From positions 7,688,001-7,752,000 of the forward strand of contig JAYWIR010000001.1 of NCBI GenBank assembly GCA_036172245.1: a stretch of 64,000 bases of DNA. The letters run 5' to 3'. Made by a program: the position numbers and the translations under genes. This stretch comes from Raillietiella orientalis. Taxonomy: Eukaryota. The notes under the pieces are model-generated. The model did no database searches, had not been told where the DNA came from, and worked only from the letters and a program-made list of their open reading frames with translations. This document shows positions 26,894 through 38,473 of this stretch, one piece after another (the first letter of the stretch is position 1; each line of letters begins with the position of its first letter).

Positions 26894-29693
26894 TTCTTTC
26901 CCTTTTGTCGCATCGTAATCATTGTAAAGAAGAAGTGTGCTGTGAGTGTGTACGGACTTTTTCGTAATTTCTTTTTCCCGCTGAAGCAAGATTTAACATT
27001 GTATGAAACATCAAGGAATTTAATTTTGCCCAGTTTGTGGCTTGATGTGGAAGAAGCCGATCGAACGCCTTTCGCAGCCTCGGGCTGTGACTAAGGATAA
27101 TTGCACATTCGCTTGTCAAGGCCAGCGAGAACGGTTTGGAGTGTTATTTCACCTCTGGTTGCTAGAAGCTTGCAAGACGCTACTCGGTTCTTTCGGTGCT
27201 CGAAGTGGTTTTCGCGGATAGCACGGGTTTTTTTATTCGCCCCTCCCCTCCGCCCCCCCATATCTCTCTCTCTCCTTCCCCTCCCCCCTCCCCTCCCTCC
27301 CTCCCCCCCCCCCACGAGTTGTGCAAACGTTTTGAAATGGAATGCTTTTCTCTTTCGCTTTTCGTATTTGTATAATTCCGTATGCATTATGTTTATTCCT
27401 CCATGTGCCACTCCCCATTGCCTGTACCATGAAATCGAGCACCGATTTCATGCTGGATCAGTAGGTGGAAAGCATGTCTTTCATTTGGTGGGTATCGATC
27501 TTGTGTACGTTCTTTTAGTGAATCGTGACTAGATCCATACTCATCAAAGGAGATACAACCAAGGTTCCAGATAGTATCGGCTTTCCCGCGTGCTATTCGT
27601 TTGGCTTGACGGAATTTCGCTAGGAAAAGTTAACCTTGAAATTGGCCAATAACGCGTCTCGATTAGTGCTTTGAATTCCTTTCAATGGAGTTGAGGAGGA
27701 CGTTGGCACCGTGTTCGCGGTGAATGCTGCTGCTGCTGCTTCAGACAGAGGAAAGTGTGCATTCTGCATTTAGTAACTGTCCGAGGGAGTAGTTTTTTTC
27801 TTCTTTTCTTTTCTTTTCTTTTTTTTTTCTCTTTATTTCTTTATTTCCTTCTCCCCCGTCCGTCCGTCCCCCTCCCCTCCCCCGATCTAAATAAGTGTTT
27901 TATTGGAGCACGCACGAGATTTGTGAACAGCATCAACGAACCCGGGTTAGTACGATGAGTGTGATCTATGTCGTGTGTTTTTAATTGTATCATGACTAGA
28001 CCTTCACTCATCGAATTGCCCAGGGTGCATCCTTCCGAATGTGCTTGGGAACGGAAACACCGCGTTTCTTGGGGGTCATTTCAGAATTAAGCATTGTATT
28101 CTTTTAGAAGATTTCCGACATACAGAATGATAGGAATGCATCTCCTGTTGTGGTGCCGTCTGTTTTTGTGCAGGAAATGTAAGTTATCTGCCTTCCCCCC
28201 CCCCTTTATTTTAAAAAATAAATAAATAAATGAACGAAATGCTCCAACTCAGGGTCATGCCTTCAAAAAATTTCGCCGAAAGGTGTGATTCCCACGTTGC
28301 TGTTTACTGTTCCAACAATTGCAGCTCAGAGTGGAATCCTTGCAGCTCTGAGTGCCCGAAGATCTCTTTCCCCGAACTTTACAAACCGCTCAAAAGCAGG
28401 TAAAAAAGGGCACCAAGTAAGCAGTGCATTATCTTATTTATTTTCATTAGGTATCAATATATGTTTGAACAGTATGAAGAGAAAGTGGAAACTCTTAAAA
28501 GTCTTGTATTTCAAATGCCATTGCAGAGTGCTTTTTCAAAAAATGGAGAATCAGTCGAGGTAAGTTTGTTTCCGTTGGCATTGTTTTATGTGAAGGGAAA
28601 AAGGAAGGATGGGTAGGTCGAATCTCAAATGGTGGCAAACAAGAGAAATTGTCGGTGGACAACGTGCACCTGGAATCTCCTTTGGATGGCTCCACTTTTC
28701 CATTGGATTTACGGAATCTTCCTTGTTTTTCCCTGTTTCCTGGTCAGCTGGTAGCCGTGTCTGGAATTCAGTTACCTGGAGGGAAAATCCTCGTCGATGA
28801 CTTGCTAACTGGAGTCTTACCTCCTACAGCACCATCGTTTTCCCTGCCACATCACAGCAGTGGTTAGTAATCAAGTTGCAAATTTACAATGTGAGAATAT
28901 TCATAGATCCACTTCAGATTGTGGTAGCAGCCGGACCTTTTACTTTGGCGGACAATTTACTTTATGAGCCACTTCACGAGTTGCTCAAGTGGATCGTAGA
29001 GTATCATCCTCAAGTTTGCTTTTTAGTTGGTCCAATAGTTGATGTGAGGCATAAGGCTATCCAACTAGGCCAGCTTGCGCAAACTTTTGATGATCTTTGG
29101 GAGCAACAACTGAGTGCCATTTGTAGAGCAGCTGATGCAAGCAACACTCATTTCATCCTTGTGCCCTCCTTTCATGATGCTCATCATGATTGTGTGTATC
29201 CCTGTGCCCCATATTCATTGCCATTGGTACATCCTATGCTGCATCTCGTGTCAAATCCATCACTTATGTGCCTTGGTTCACTTGTTGTCGCCGTAACTTC
29301 CACGGAGATTTTGCTAGATCTCAAAAAAGAAGAGTTGCACATGTAAGTTCTTGGCCAACTTAACTGTTAACGCCTGTTGTTGCCAGTGGTGCAGTAGGTG
29401 ATGTCTTCTCACGACTGGCACACCACCTTCTCATGCAGCAGTCTTTCTACCCCATGCATCCTGTAGCAGCTGATGTGCCTATACATTATAAGCAGTTTGC
29501 AAGTAGTTGCAGTATACCTGTACGCCCACATCTGCTAATACTGCCATCAAGTTTCCACTATTTTGTTCGTCAAGTAGATGATGTATTTGTGCTTAATCCT
29601 GGACATCTGACTCTTGGGAGCAAGTCGGGGTTTTATTGTCGGCTGCATATTGATGATGCTCTCAATATTAATGCACACATAGTCAAGATTTGA
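15201..29693 (+). CDS. POLA2: DNA polymerase alpha subunit B (POLA2), multi-exon with three large 5' introns
   Basis: Exon 1 15201-15276 (MGLSEDLFEEFDQLVLSVADNILKK), exon 2 21715-21937 (LVAFCEDYHLSAEELV...), exon 3 26711-26765 (YGGDSLLEAYG), then YQYMFEQ (~28451), SLFPGQLVAVSG, IVVAAGPFTLADNLLYEPL, VGPIVD, HFILVPSFHDAHH, QQSFYPMHP, LNPGHLT and stop at 29693. Phases of exons 1-3 join in frame. Exon structure between 26766 and 28450 is unresolved. Confidence 0.93.
21938..26710 (+). other. U12-type (minor spliceosome) GT-AG intron, POLA2 intron 2
   Basis: 5' splice site GTATCCTTTT at 21938. Branch site TTCCTTAAC at 26693-26701, followed by TTTGCTTAG ending at 26710. The phase-2 junction TT|A restores the frame (HEL-YGGD). 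Confidence 0.9.
22400..28250. repeat. Region dense in homopolymer runs (poly-T/A/G/C) and microsatellites ((GT)n, (TTTTC)n, (GCCT)n, (GAA)n, (GAGT)n)
   Basis: Visible directly, e.g. (GT)n ~26025-26051, (GCCT)n ~26400-26421, T/C tracts at 24845-24920 and 26833-26900. Lies within POLA2 introns 2-3. Confidence 0.9.
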
Positions 29694-32600
29694 CAAATAG
29701 TATAATAAAATGGATTTTTCTAATGTATTGGATTGCAGTCTTTTGCTGTAAGGTCCTATTGATGTTTCTTGGTTTTTAAACTTACTGATTTGTGTGAATG
29801 AATTACTTGATTCACATGCCCCATCTTGAATGGCAGTACAGTAAATGTTATTGGCGAAACCTGAAGTCTGAATCGAATGAGCTGATCTTGGATAACTTCG
29901 TTTTCAGTGTCTAATCAGCCTAGTATTTTTGGTATTAAGTTTTAACCCAATTGCAAAATCTCCAATCAAAGTGCAGCCGACTTTAGTTCTTCCATGCATT
30001 TGGCAGTAACTATCATCTGTGTGAGATGATGTGGTTGCAATAATGCTTTTTGCCCATCCTCCCCTTGGATTTTCCATTAGGCATGCGTTTTTTTTTTTTG
30101 TGTGTGTGTTGCACTGAAGTGAGTTTCTAGCCACTACATATTTGGGACTCGGGGAAATTCCGAACCCGTAATTACCGCCTCCCATGGACTTGTATTTTTT
30201 ATTTTAAAGTTTTCACACATGTAACGGGAAGGGAGGAAATTTATCGCTTTGTACCCTACTCATTTCTTTCAATTTTTTTTTTTTTTTGCAGAACTGCACA
30301 TAAAGGTGAAGTCGACGGTGCTACAGTCATCAGAATATTTGCTTCGTCGTGCAGATGCACTAGGTCGTTTTCGAGATCGCAAAAAAAACTCCCAACCGGG
30401 GAGGCAATCGCATTCACTGCAAGGGTTTTGTAATACTGCAGATGTGATCTGAGCAAGGATCCCGATTGTTCTTCTTGTTGGCCTTTCGGTTACGATCAAA
30501 ATGGATGCAATGCCGGCAAATTTGCTTTCAATACGTGCGAAACTGAATTTTTGCGGTTGCTCTTTTAAAAAGGGAAAGTAATCCCATTTTAATTTTCACT
30601 TTTTCAAACAGTCGCCGCATGGAAGAAAAAATCCGAAGAGTGGAATCACACTTGAGCATCCCATTCGTTCTGTCAGTTTTTTTGCCTCGTGATTTGCTCA
30701 CGATAGCTTCACATAATAATTTCTACTATTCCTAACATTCGAATGATTCGATAAAATACTTTGGATGTGTCAATCAAATCTTCCTTATATCTTGGATGTT
30801 CGTTACCAGAAAATGTGCACTTGGCGATTATGACCAGTCGCTCTTGACGAGGAGGTCTGTACATCCAGATTTCTTTGGTCTCACTTTCCTTAGCACTCCT
30901 GAACATGAACTCCTAACATAAGTAAGGAGAGTGAATGATGATTCGTATTCCACTTAATAAATGGTTTTGTTATGTGTAAAACATGAATGTTTTGCATTTA
31001 TCCCTTTACTTTACGGCATTCAGTGTATTCAATCCTTGAGCAAAACTCTCCTTGGCAACTCGGAACGTCAGCTAGCTGTTGACCTTTCGTTGTTTTCAAT
31101 GAAAAACACGATCGCCTTTGTGGGCGATCGAAAAGGCCCCACAAAAAGAGTGGGGATTTTGCTCATTGGCCTAATCTAAAGTTTTTTTTCTAGTTTAGAA
31201 GCAGTCCACTAGTCAAACTCTAATACCATATCAGGTTGAAATCTGTGCGTAGCAACTGTTTTGCGGTGTACAGAATGCAAAAAGAACTTGCACTTGTTTC
31301 CAGATTGTACGTTGCGATCACCTCAAGTACCTTATTCCATTTTATCCGAGTTGATTTTATCAATTTAGCATTGCAGTTCGCGCCGGCGTGGGTGCGTCTC
31401 TGACTTTTCAGCGTTTACTCGTCGCTTCCACTGCAACAGCACTGTTCCCAAATTCGAAGGAAAAGTCCAGGATCAAGAAAATGTCTCAGCCAGCACTGAA
31501 ACTTTTCAGGGCACGACGTGCGTAACTGAAAACTCTATGCCGTATTCCCAACTCCAGAAACTTGCTCCTCGACAGCAGCTCAATCTCATCCCATTTCGAG
31601 GCACGTGGTATCCTGGCTGCAATATTTTTGTCTGCTGAAGATCCGCTTTGGCGGATTCAGATATTACCCTACAGTCTTTTTCTTGGTTTCTTGAATCCAT
31701 GCATCCATTTGCATTCCGGAAAAAGGAAAGAAAATCTCTTAGCTACAGGCGATTTCTGGAAAGTTCGTTCAAATTCTGTCTTGCATGGATCTACTTTCGA
31801 TTGGCACCTGGCATTCCTTTCCTTGTCGGTAAAGTTAATTTGACGTTTTTGTACTCGTGTGCTTTGCGATGCATTCCTCCAATCTTGTTGCATTTTTTCT
31901 TCTCAATGGGAATGTGGTTGACGTTCACGTCACATGCTACACGTTGCTTTTATAATTTCCATTTTCTCGGATTTTTTTTTTTTTCATAAAGAGATTTCAG
32001 TGACTGTGAGACGAGGCTGGAGAGAAAGCTGCCGTTGAAAGTACGCTTGAACCTGAGAATTTGTTAAATCTGCGGCTGGAGGGTACATACACAGTTACGT
32101 GTAACTGTACACTAGCGGGGGAGACGTGCACACGTTCGTTTGGGATGACCTGCTGTCATGACGCGCATAAGAATTTGCGGGAACCGTCGGTGGGCATCCG
32201 CGTGTGTTCGTCACACGTAGCCTCACTCGGCTGTCGTCGACCAGATATCCAGAACGTTCGTATAAAGCGAAAGACGGGTTTTGAAAGAGCGATTCCCCTA
32301 CTGCTGCTGAACATCCCTGCGTCGAAATGGAACGTTTACACCATCTCGAGTAGGATCGTTTGGCGGATAGGAAAATCGCTCCACATGGCTACCTGCCTGA
32401 CACGGATCCGTGACTGGAAAGTGGGAAGGCAGACGGGCACCCAGGACGAGAGACGGCAGTCGAGATCCTGAGTAGACTCCCAAGGGGTGAGGAATTGACC
32501 ACAGGTCAGGACAAGTCCTTCCTCGTCGTCAGCAGATCACAATAAAGAAGCCATCCTGCGAAAAGGAGCAGGGAGGTTGCAGCCATTGCGACGAGACGCA

Positions 32601-33389
32601 AACAAACCACCGCTAGTCGTAGTAGGACAAACCCGTAGATTTTGATGCAGAGAGGACTGCAACGTTTACCAGCGGTTCTCCGATGCAATTGTACTGACAG
32701 ATCACACGCATAGGGCTTCTTTCCTGAACAGGGTGCCCCAGCTCTTTTAACTAGTAATAACATCGCTGAGATTGCAGCCGAAAGATCGCAAAAGAATGAT
32801 CAAAAGAATCGAACAAAGTGGAAATGGAAAGATTCGTTCTCTTCTTCATTCTTCTGTTATTTGTTCTCTTTTTATTTTATTTTATTTCCTCTCGATTCCG
32901 TCTAGTTTTAACTCGCACCTTCTCGCATAGACTTTTTGCTAGGAAGAACGCACATCTGATTTCTCTTATGCACCGTCAACACGCGTTTTCAACTTTGTTA
33001 CGGCACAAATCCCCGTGATCTCGTAGTCCGAAAATGCATAACTGACTTTAACTCAAAAGAAATCATAATTTTATACGGTGAAGGCTGAAATCATGTAGCA
33101 AAAAAAATCAATCAATCAACAAACCAGCTTTTGGGGAAATTGGTTTGTCTACTAGAAATGGGTGGATCTCAAAAACAACTAGAGGACCCATTCCATCATC
33201 GAACCTTAAAATAGTAAGGTTGTACCAAGTGGTATATGCTATGTACTGCTGCATATTCTGATCACCAAGCTTTTAAGTGAATAAATATGTTAAGAACGAA
33301 TATTAGTCCAAATGGTGTAGTAGAAACAGCTATCCGTTTGTATTTTGATCCATTTATATAAAAAAGATTTTCAAGATTACAAACAGATT

Positions 33390-33543
33390 ACACCTTTATC
33401 AAAATATTTGCGATCTTCTTCCCAAAGTTGAATCAACATGTCATCAAGCTCTGGATCAACCAATTGTTTTTTCCACACATTTATCGAAATATTTGCGATC
33501 TTCTTCCCAAAGTTGAATCAACATGTCATCAAGCTCTGGATCA
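33390..33543. repeat. ~69-bp tandem duplication (85-bp period) of the DPP3 3' coding end
   Basis: 33390-33458 matches 33475-33543 with 2 mismatches by hand alignment. Confidence 0.92.
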
Positions 33544-36175
33544 TCAAATCGTTCTTTCCAGGACTGTATCAGTCCTTGAATGGTACTCGGGTACTCAATA
33601 AGGCGCACGGTACCATTTTCTAAAAAAGATATTCTCATAATTCTTAACAAACTAGTCTTACCAAGTTTAGTATTGCTTTGAACGAACATTTTTCTGGGTA
33701 TTTTCCGATCTAGCACAATATTTCTCCACTGTAAGGCTGCCTCATCAACATGGCTGTATTTATCAAACATTTGTTTGGCACGGGCAATATTGCCCGTAGA
33801 CTTATATACCTAGCCAAACTGTAATGATTTCTGTGTTTGGTACTCACTTGAAGTTTTTGAAGAAATGTTCTTAGGGCAGGCTTTCCAACAGAAAGAATCT
33901 TTTTGTAATCAACATGCAGCAGTAAATCCGGTTTTCCATCATCTCCAGTACACTCTTCAATTTTCACAAAATCTTGTTCTGCCTCCATAAGAACTCTTAG
34001 GATAACATAGCGGGCCTGGCAATGAGCTTGCAACCAATTATTGTAATCTGCACTATAGACTTCTAAAGCACACAGTCCATTCCATGCCATTTGAAGCCAT
34101 GCAACATTAACTACCCTCTCTGCTTGTGGACCTGTGTGACCAAAAATCCTAAACAACACATGAGCTCCTAAGTTTGAAAAACAACTAACTCTAAAACTTT
34201 AGGAAGATGACACAAGTGCAAGGCTACACATTCTGCCCTGCACTCCTCATAGGCTGAAGCAATTGATCCAAAGCGAGCATTGTAGTTTTCTCCAGGCTCA
34301 TACCAATCACCAACCTAACAGACCCTGCAACTACCAGCATGAGTTTTTGAATGCCCTTACCAGTTCTCCTGTTTCCAAATCCTTTACTGTCTTCCGGTCA
34401 AAGTTAAATGTATTGTTAGGATATTGGCAAAATAACTTGCCAGTGCCATGGCCTAATAATTCATGTAGTCCCACACACACCTATAGTGGAAGTGGAAAAT
34501 GAAATGAAGATGGCAACGCATTATTTACCTCAAAGGATGGAACCCGTAGCTCATCTAACATTTCTCTATCTTCTGGGAGCAGAAATGGGCGGACAATTTT
34601 TTCACTGTGACTGCTGATAACATTTCCTAGGTTCACATTCTTGAAGCCTTCATTTTGACGTATCTCATCATCTAGCACAGCATTTAGAAATCTAGAAGTA
34701 GCCAGATTTTTACTAACAATTAGGTATGTTAATGCCAGCAGGAATACTACTTCCTGCAAAAGTCAACACATCTAAACTTGTAAAATCTGGTCTCAAAAAA
34801 CTGTCTTTTTCATAATCAGATGGCCATGGTAATTCCTTTAGTAGTTCTGGGGCATGTTCAACCAAGGCTTCAAATTTGGCTGACATGGTTCGATTCACCA
34901 CTGCAACAAAACCTTCAAATTCCCCTCGCATTTTCATAGGGTCTCGATACACCTCAATGAAGCCAATGTAACTGGTACTAGTTGCAGAATGAACACAAAA
35001 TTCACAACTAACCATTCTACTGCAGGGCCTCTATCTTGAATCCAATAGCGAGAGCCTTGTTTGTGAGAATCTATAGAGCCATTTTCAAAACAGTCTATGT
35101 AACACTCTAGCATCTGCTTTTGGATGTTCTTAGCTACAAAATCCTGAAAATCAAGCCCACTTTTTTAGTGCTGAATCACAAATTTACGTTACCTCAGCTT
35201 CCTTCAGGGATTCCACCACCTTATTCAACAATGGACTGAAATCACCTCGTACAATAGCAAACTTCTTTTCACTCTGAAATACAAATTCATTTTTGGCCAT
35301 GGATGCCAATCGAAGTTCGAGTATCCCATTAGGTCTTTTGCATGCCCGAGTATTGTATGCTTCAATGCGATTCCTTAGTAGAAAGTCTTTCATTAATTTG
35401 GCATCTTCATGTGTGTAATTTGCAGAAAAATAAGTGGTGATTCCCTGTAGTTTGTACTTATCATATTATTCTGAATAAATTTAGGTCTGACTGTTTCTAT
35501 GAATCCAAGCTGTTGTTCCCTTTCTTCTAAAGAGTACATTTTTTGGTGGCAGTGTTCCCATAAATACTCTATAATCTTAGCCTCTTTCTTATTTGCTGCA
35601 CTGTGATGGATTAATGCTTCAAATTTGGATTCTTCTAGATTAGGAATGAATTTGGAATCCCCAAAAGACTTGTAATTCCCCATGTTTGTAAATATGCCAC
35701 AAGCATATACCAAGAATGCCTACAAATGAATTTTAAAATGCACTAGTAAATGTTTCTGATTTGCCTGGAACTCATCCTCAGAAAGCCCTGCTTCAAAAGC
35801 ATTATTGGCAAGTTCACTGAAGTCACAGGCATTTACTATTTTACGGAGTAATGTAAAAATAATAGGTGATTCTGGAGATGTCTATAAAGAAAGTCTTATG
35901 TGTTAAATTGATATTCATACCAACTTAACACCAACCTGAAATAAAACTATCAGACCTCCGTACCATGATGCACGACTCAAGAAATGTGCGTACTTTTTGT
36001 CTTGCTCTGCTAAATCATTAAAAGCTTTGCATTCTAAGGCAGTAATTGGCTGTGAATTCGGATAAACAAATCGTGATGTGTCCTCCATTTTAGAAGACTT
36101 GCTAGCTAATGTAACCTTGCCTAATGCGGATATTAACTTGTTCCTGCATAAACGTTCTAAAAACCTATTAATCAT
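33456..36175 (-). CDS. DPP3: Dipeptidyl peptidase 3 (M49 metallopeptidase), multi-exon
   Basis: Zinc motif [15 protein letters not shown] (~34430-34475) and AYEECRAE (~34230-34255). Also [62 protein letters not shown] and [15 protein letters not shown]. Start is either 36175 or the in-frame ATG at 36088. Confidence 0.97.
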
Positions 36176-38473
36176 TTATGTAAGCAAATTCGATTCATAG
36201 AATTTCATTGCAATCACTAGAAAAACATAATTCAATGCCGAATTCACTGAATACATATAATTCAATGCCTGATTGCTTTCATTAATCGAAATATCTAATC
36301 AAAAATAAATCCATACAATTCTATTTTATAATCCAATGTTTACTTGGATTTTATGGAATAAACGTGCATACGTTTGCCATATTATAAAACATAATCACAT
36401 TATGTTTAACTCGACCTAATGGTCCGGTCATACGATGTCACACCGCAAAGCACCGACAAAAGTTGGGTTTCAGGCATAATATACACTTGTGAATTTTTCC
36501 ATTTTGCCGTGCCAGGTTCCGACGCGGCTTAATGATCAAAAAGCTACCTATAAACATCCCCGTTACACAACATGGAGGAAAGTTACCAAAATGACAACAC
36601 TGATTGTGGATTGGGGATATTAGATAGTGGTTTAGCTTTGTGCCACGATTGCATACTTCATGTATATATGCCAAAAACGAAGGGAATATGGATATCAGTA
36701 AATAAGGAATCTGTATAACAAATACATTTATGTTGTAGATACGCGTATCTGGGCTGGCAGGTTTGATCATAGTCATAATCAAAGAAGATGATTGTAACTA
36801 TTTGATCTTTGATTATGATTGTAGATTACAATTTTGCCTGACTAAAAATATTGTGAATTTCAGGAGACAAATTAGTCAGCAGGGTAGAATAATGGTTCAA
36901 AATTAATCGAGTGTTATCAGATTCCATTGTACCAATTAGTTGCATTGTTTGTAAGGGCACCGAGAACTCTCTTTGAAACAATTTCTGATTCCAATCCGTT
37001 CAAACAAATACAGCATAGCTTCACTGAATGTTCAGATCTAGTGATTCGAAGACTGTGACGTAAAGCATACAGATAAAAAATAATTTTTGAACCTCCAGGA
37101 ATTCCATATCACTTTGCGACTTTACTGGAAATAATTAAAACAAAAAGCTAAAAATCAAGTACTTTTCAATGAACTAATTGTCTATACTTTATAGATTGCC
37201 CTAATTTTATATTTCCAAATCATATGAAAATAAGATTGAAGAACTTTCATTCCCATTGTGTTTTTTCGACCTCAAACATTCTTCAACACATCATTAAGTT
37301 GGTTTGGCGTGCAGTGTCAAAAGCCGCTGTCAGAGTTCAATTAGCTTTTAATTTTTTTCGGTTCATGAACTTGTTCCAAAATCTTTTCTGAATTCTGAAT
37401 CCAAATGAGAAATTATATTCTATCTGAAATACAAAGCAGTTCTTTTTGCAAATAGGAGATTATAAAATACTTTTGCTTTCCATTTTTTGCATCAATTATT
37501 TTCTTGTGTTTTTCTCCGACATTACCAGTGCTCTTTCCACCAGTGAAGGATATTTCGTACACTTCTAAAGTTGTACTTTGGACAACTGTCCTCTACAAGA
37601 GGAAACCCAAACCTCACAAATGAAGAAATAGAAGCACTGAAAGACACTCGTAGAATTGTTTAAAATCTACCTACACAGATTTTGCTTCGTTTATTTTCTT
37701 TGGAACGTTCATATCATTATCCACTAAACTGTAACTTTGTTTTAATGATTTTTCCATGGTAAAATCTTAACCAACATTGATATCAAATGTCGTTCTACAA
37801 ATGAACGCAGTAGGAGAATATTAACTGGTATCCCTACATACCGACCAAGTTGTGATTACACAAAAGATGTCGCGTAAGTATCAGCAGCTACTAACACGAT
37901 TCTTGATTTGAAATTGAGTTTTCTCATAGTGTGTAAGGACAATGAATAAACAAAATAATATTTGTAGCAATCATGTGATAGGCCAGTCATAAGTTCATGT
38001 TTAGTGCTAGTAACCCTGTAAAATGAAATTATATTTGTCGGTCTTGATGAAAGGTCTTCGCGAAGAATGTACACATTCAACTGTACGGAGATAACCGTAT
38101 AATGTAAAAGTATATGTATTGCTTTGGTTTCAAGTGAATAAATAATCCGTATACACACTGCCAGTTCTGCCCCAACTTTCAGATATATTTGCTAGTGCTT
38201 TGCAAAGTTTCAAGCTTGATGTCTAGTTGATGAATTTGATAAAGTGGTCTGTACTGTTGTAAATTAATCAGTATTCTTGTGCATTCGTTTTAATGCCGAA
38301 TTCAATTTGCTGCCAGATAACTAGAACTGATTCCTTTTGTGACGCATTATTTGCAAAAATCGTTGCATTTGCTTATAAGTTCTTTTTTGTATGTTGCTCT
38401 TTTTAAGATACATGAGAGTCATTGTGATTTTTGCAACGTAACATATCTTTAAAGATTGGTTTTCTATCCGTAG

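Noticed and set aside
22494-27960. Many 60-190 aa ORFs rich in F, K, G, P
   Set aside because: They are translations of homopolymers and microsatellites inside POLA2 introns. Only 26711-26765 is supported as an exon.
33780-33797. 18-bp perfect palindrome ACGGGCAATATTGCCCGT
   Set aside because: Lies in DPP3 coding sequence (TGNIAR) with no other sign of function.
36438-38158. ORFs of 114 aa and 100 aa between DPP3 and TADA2B
   Set aside because: No recognisable motifs and non-ATG starts.
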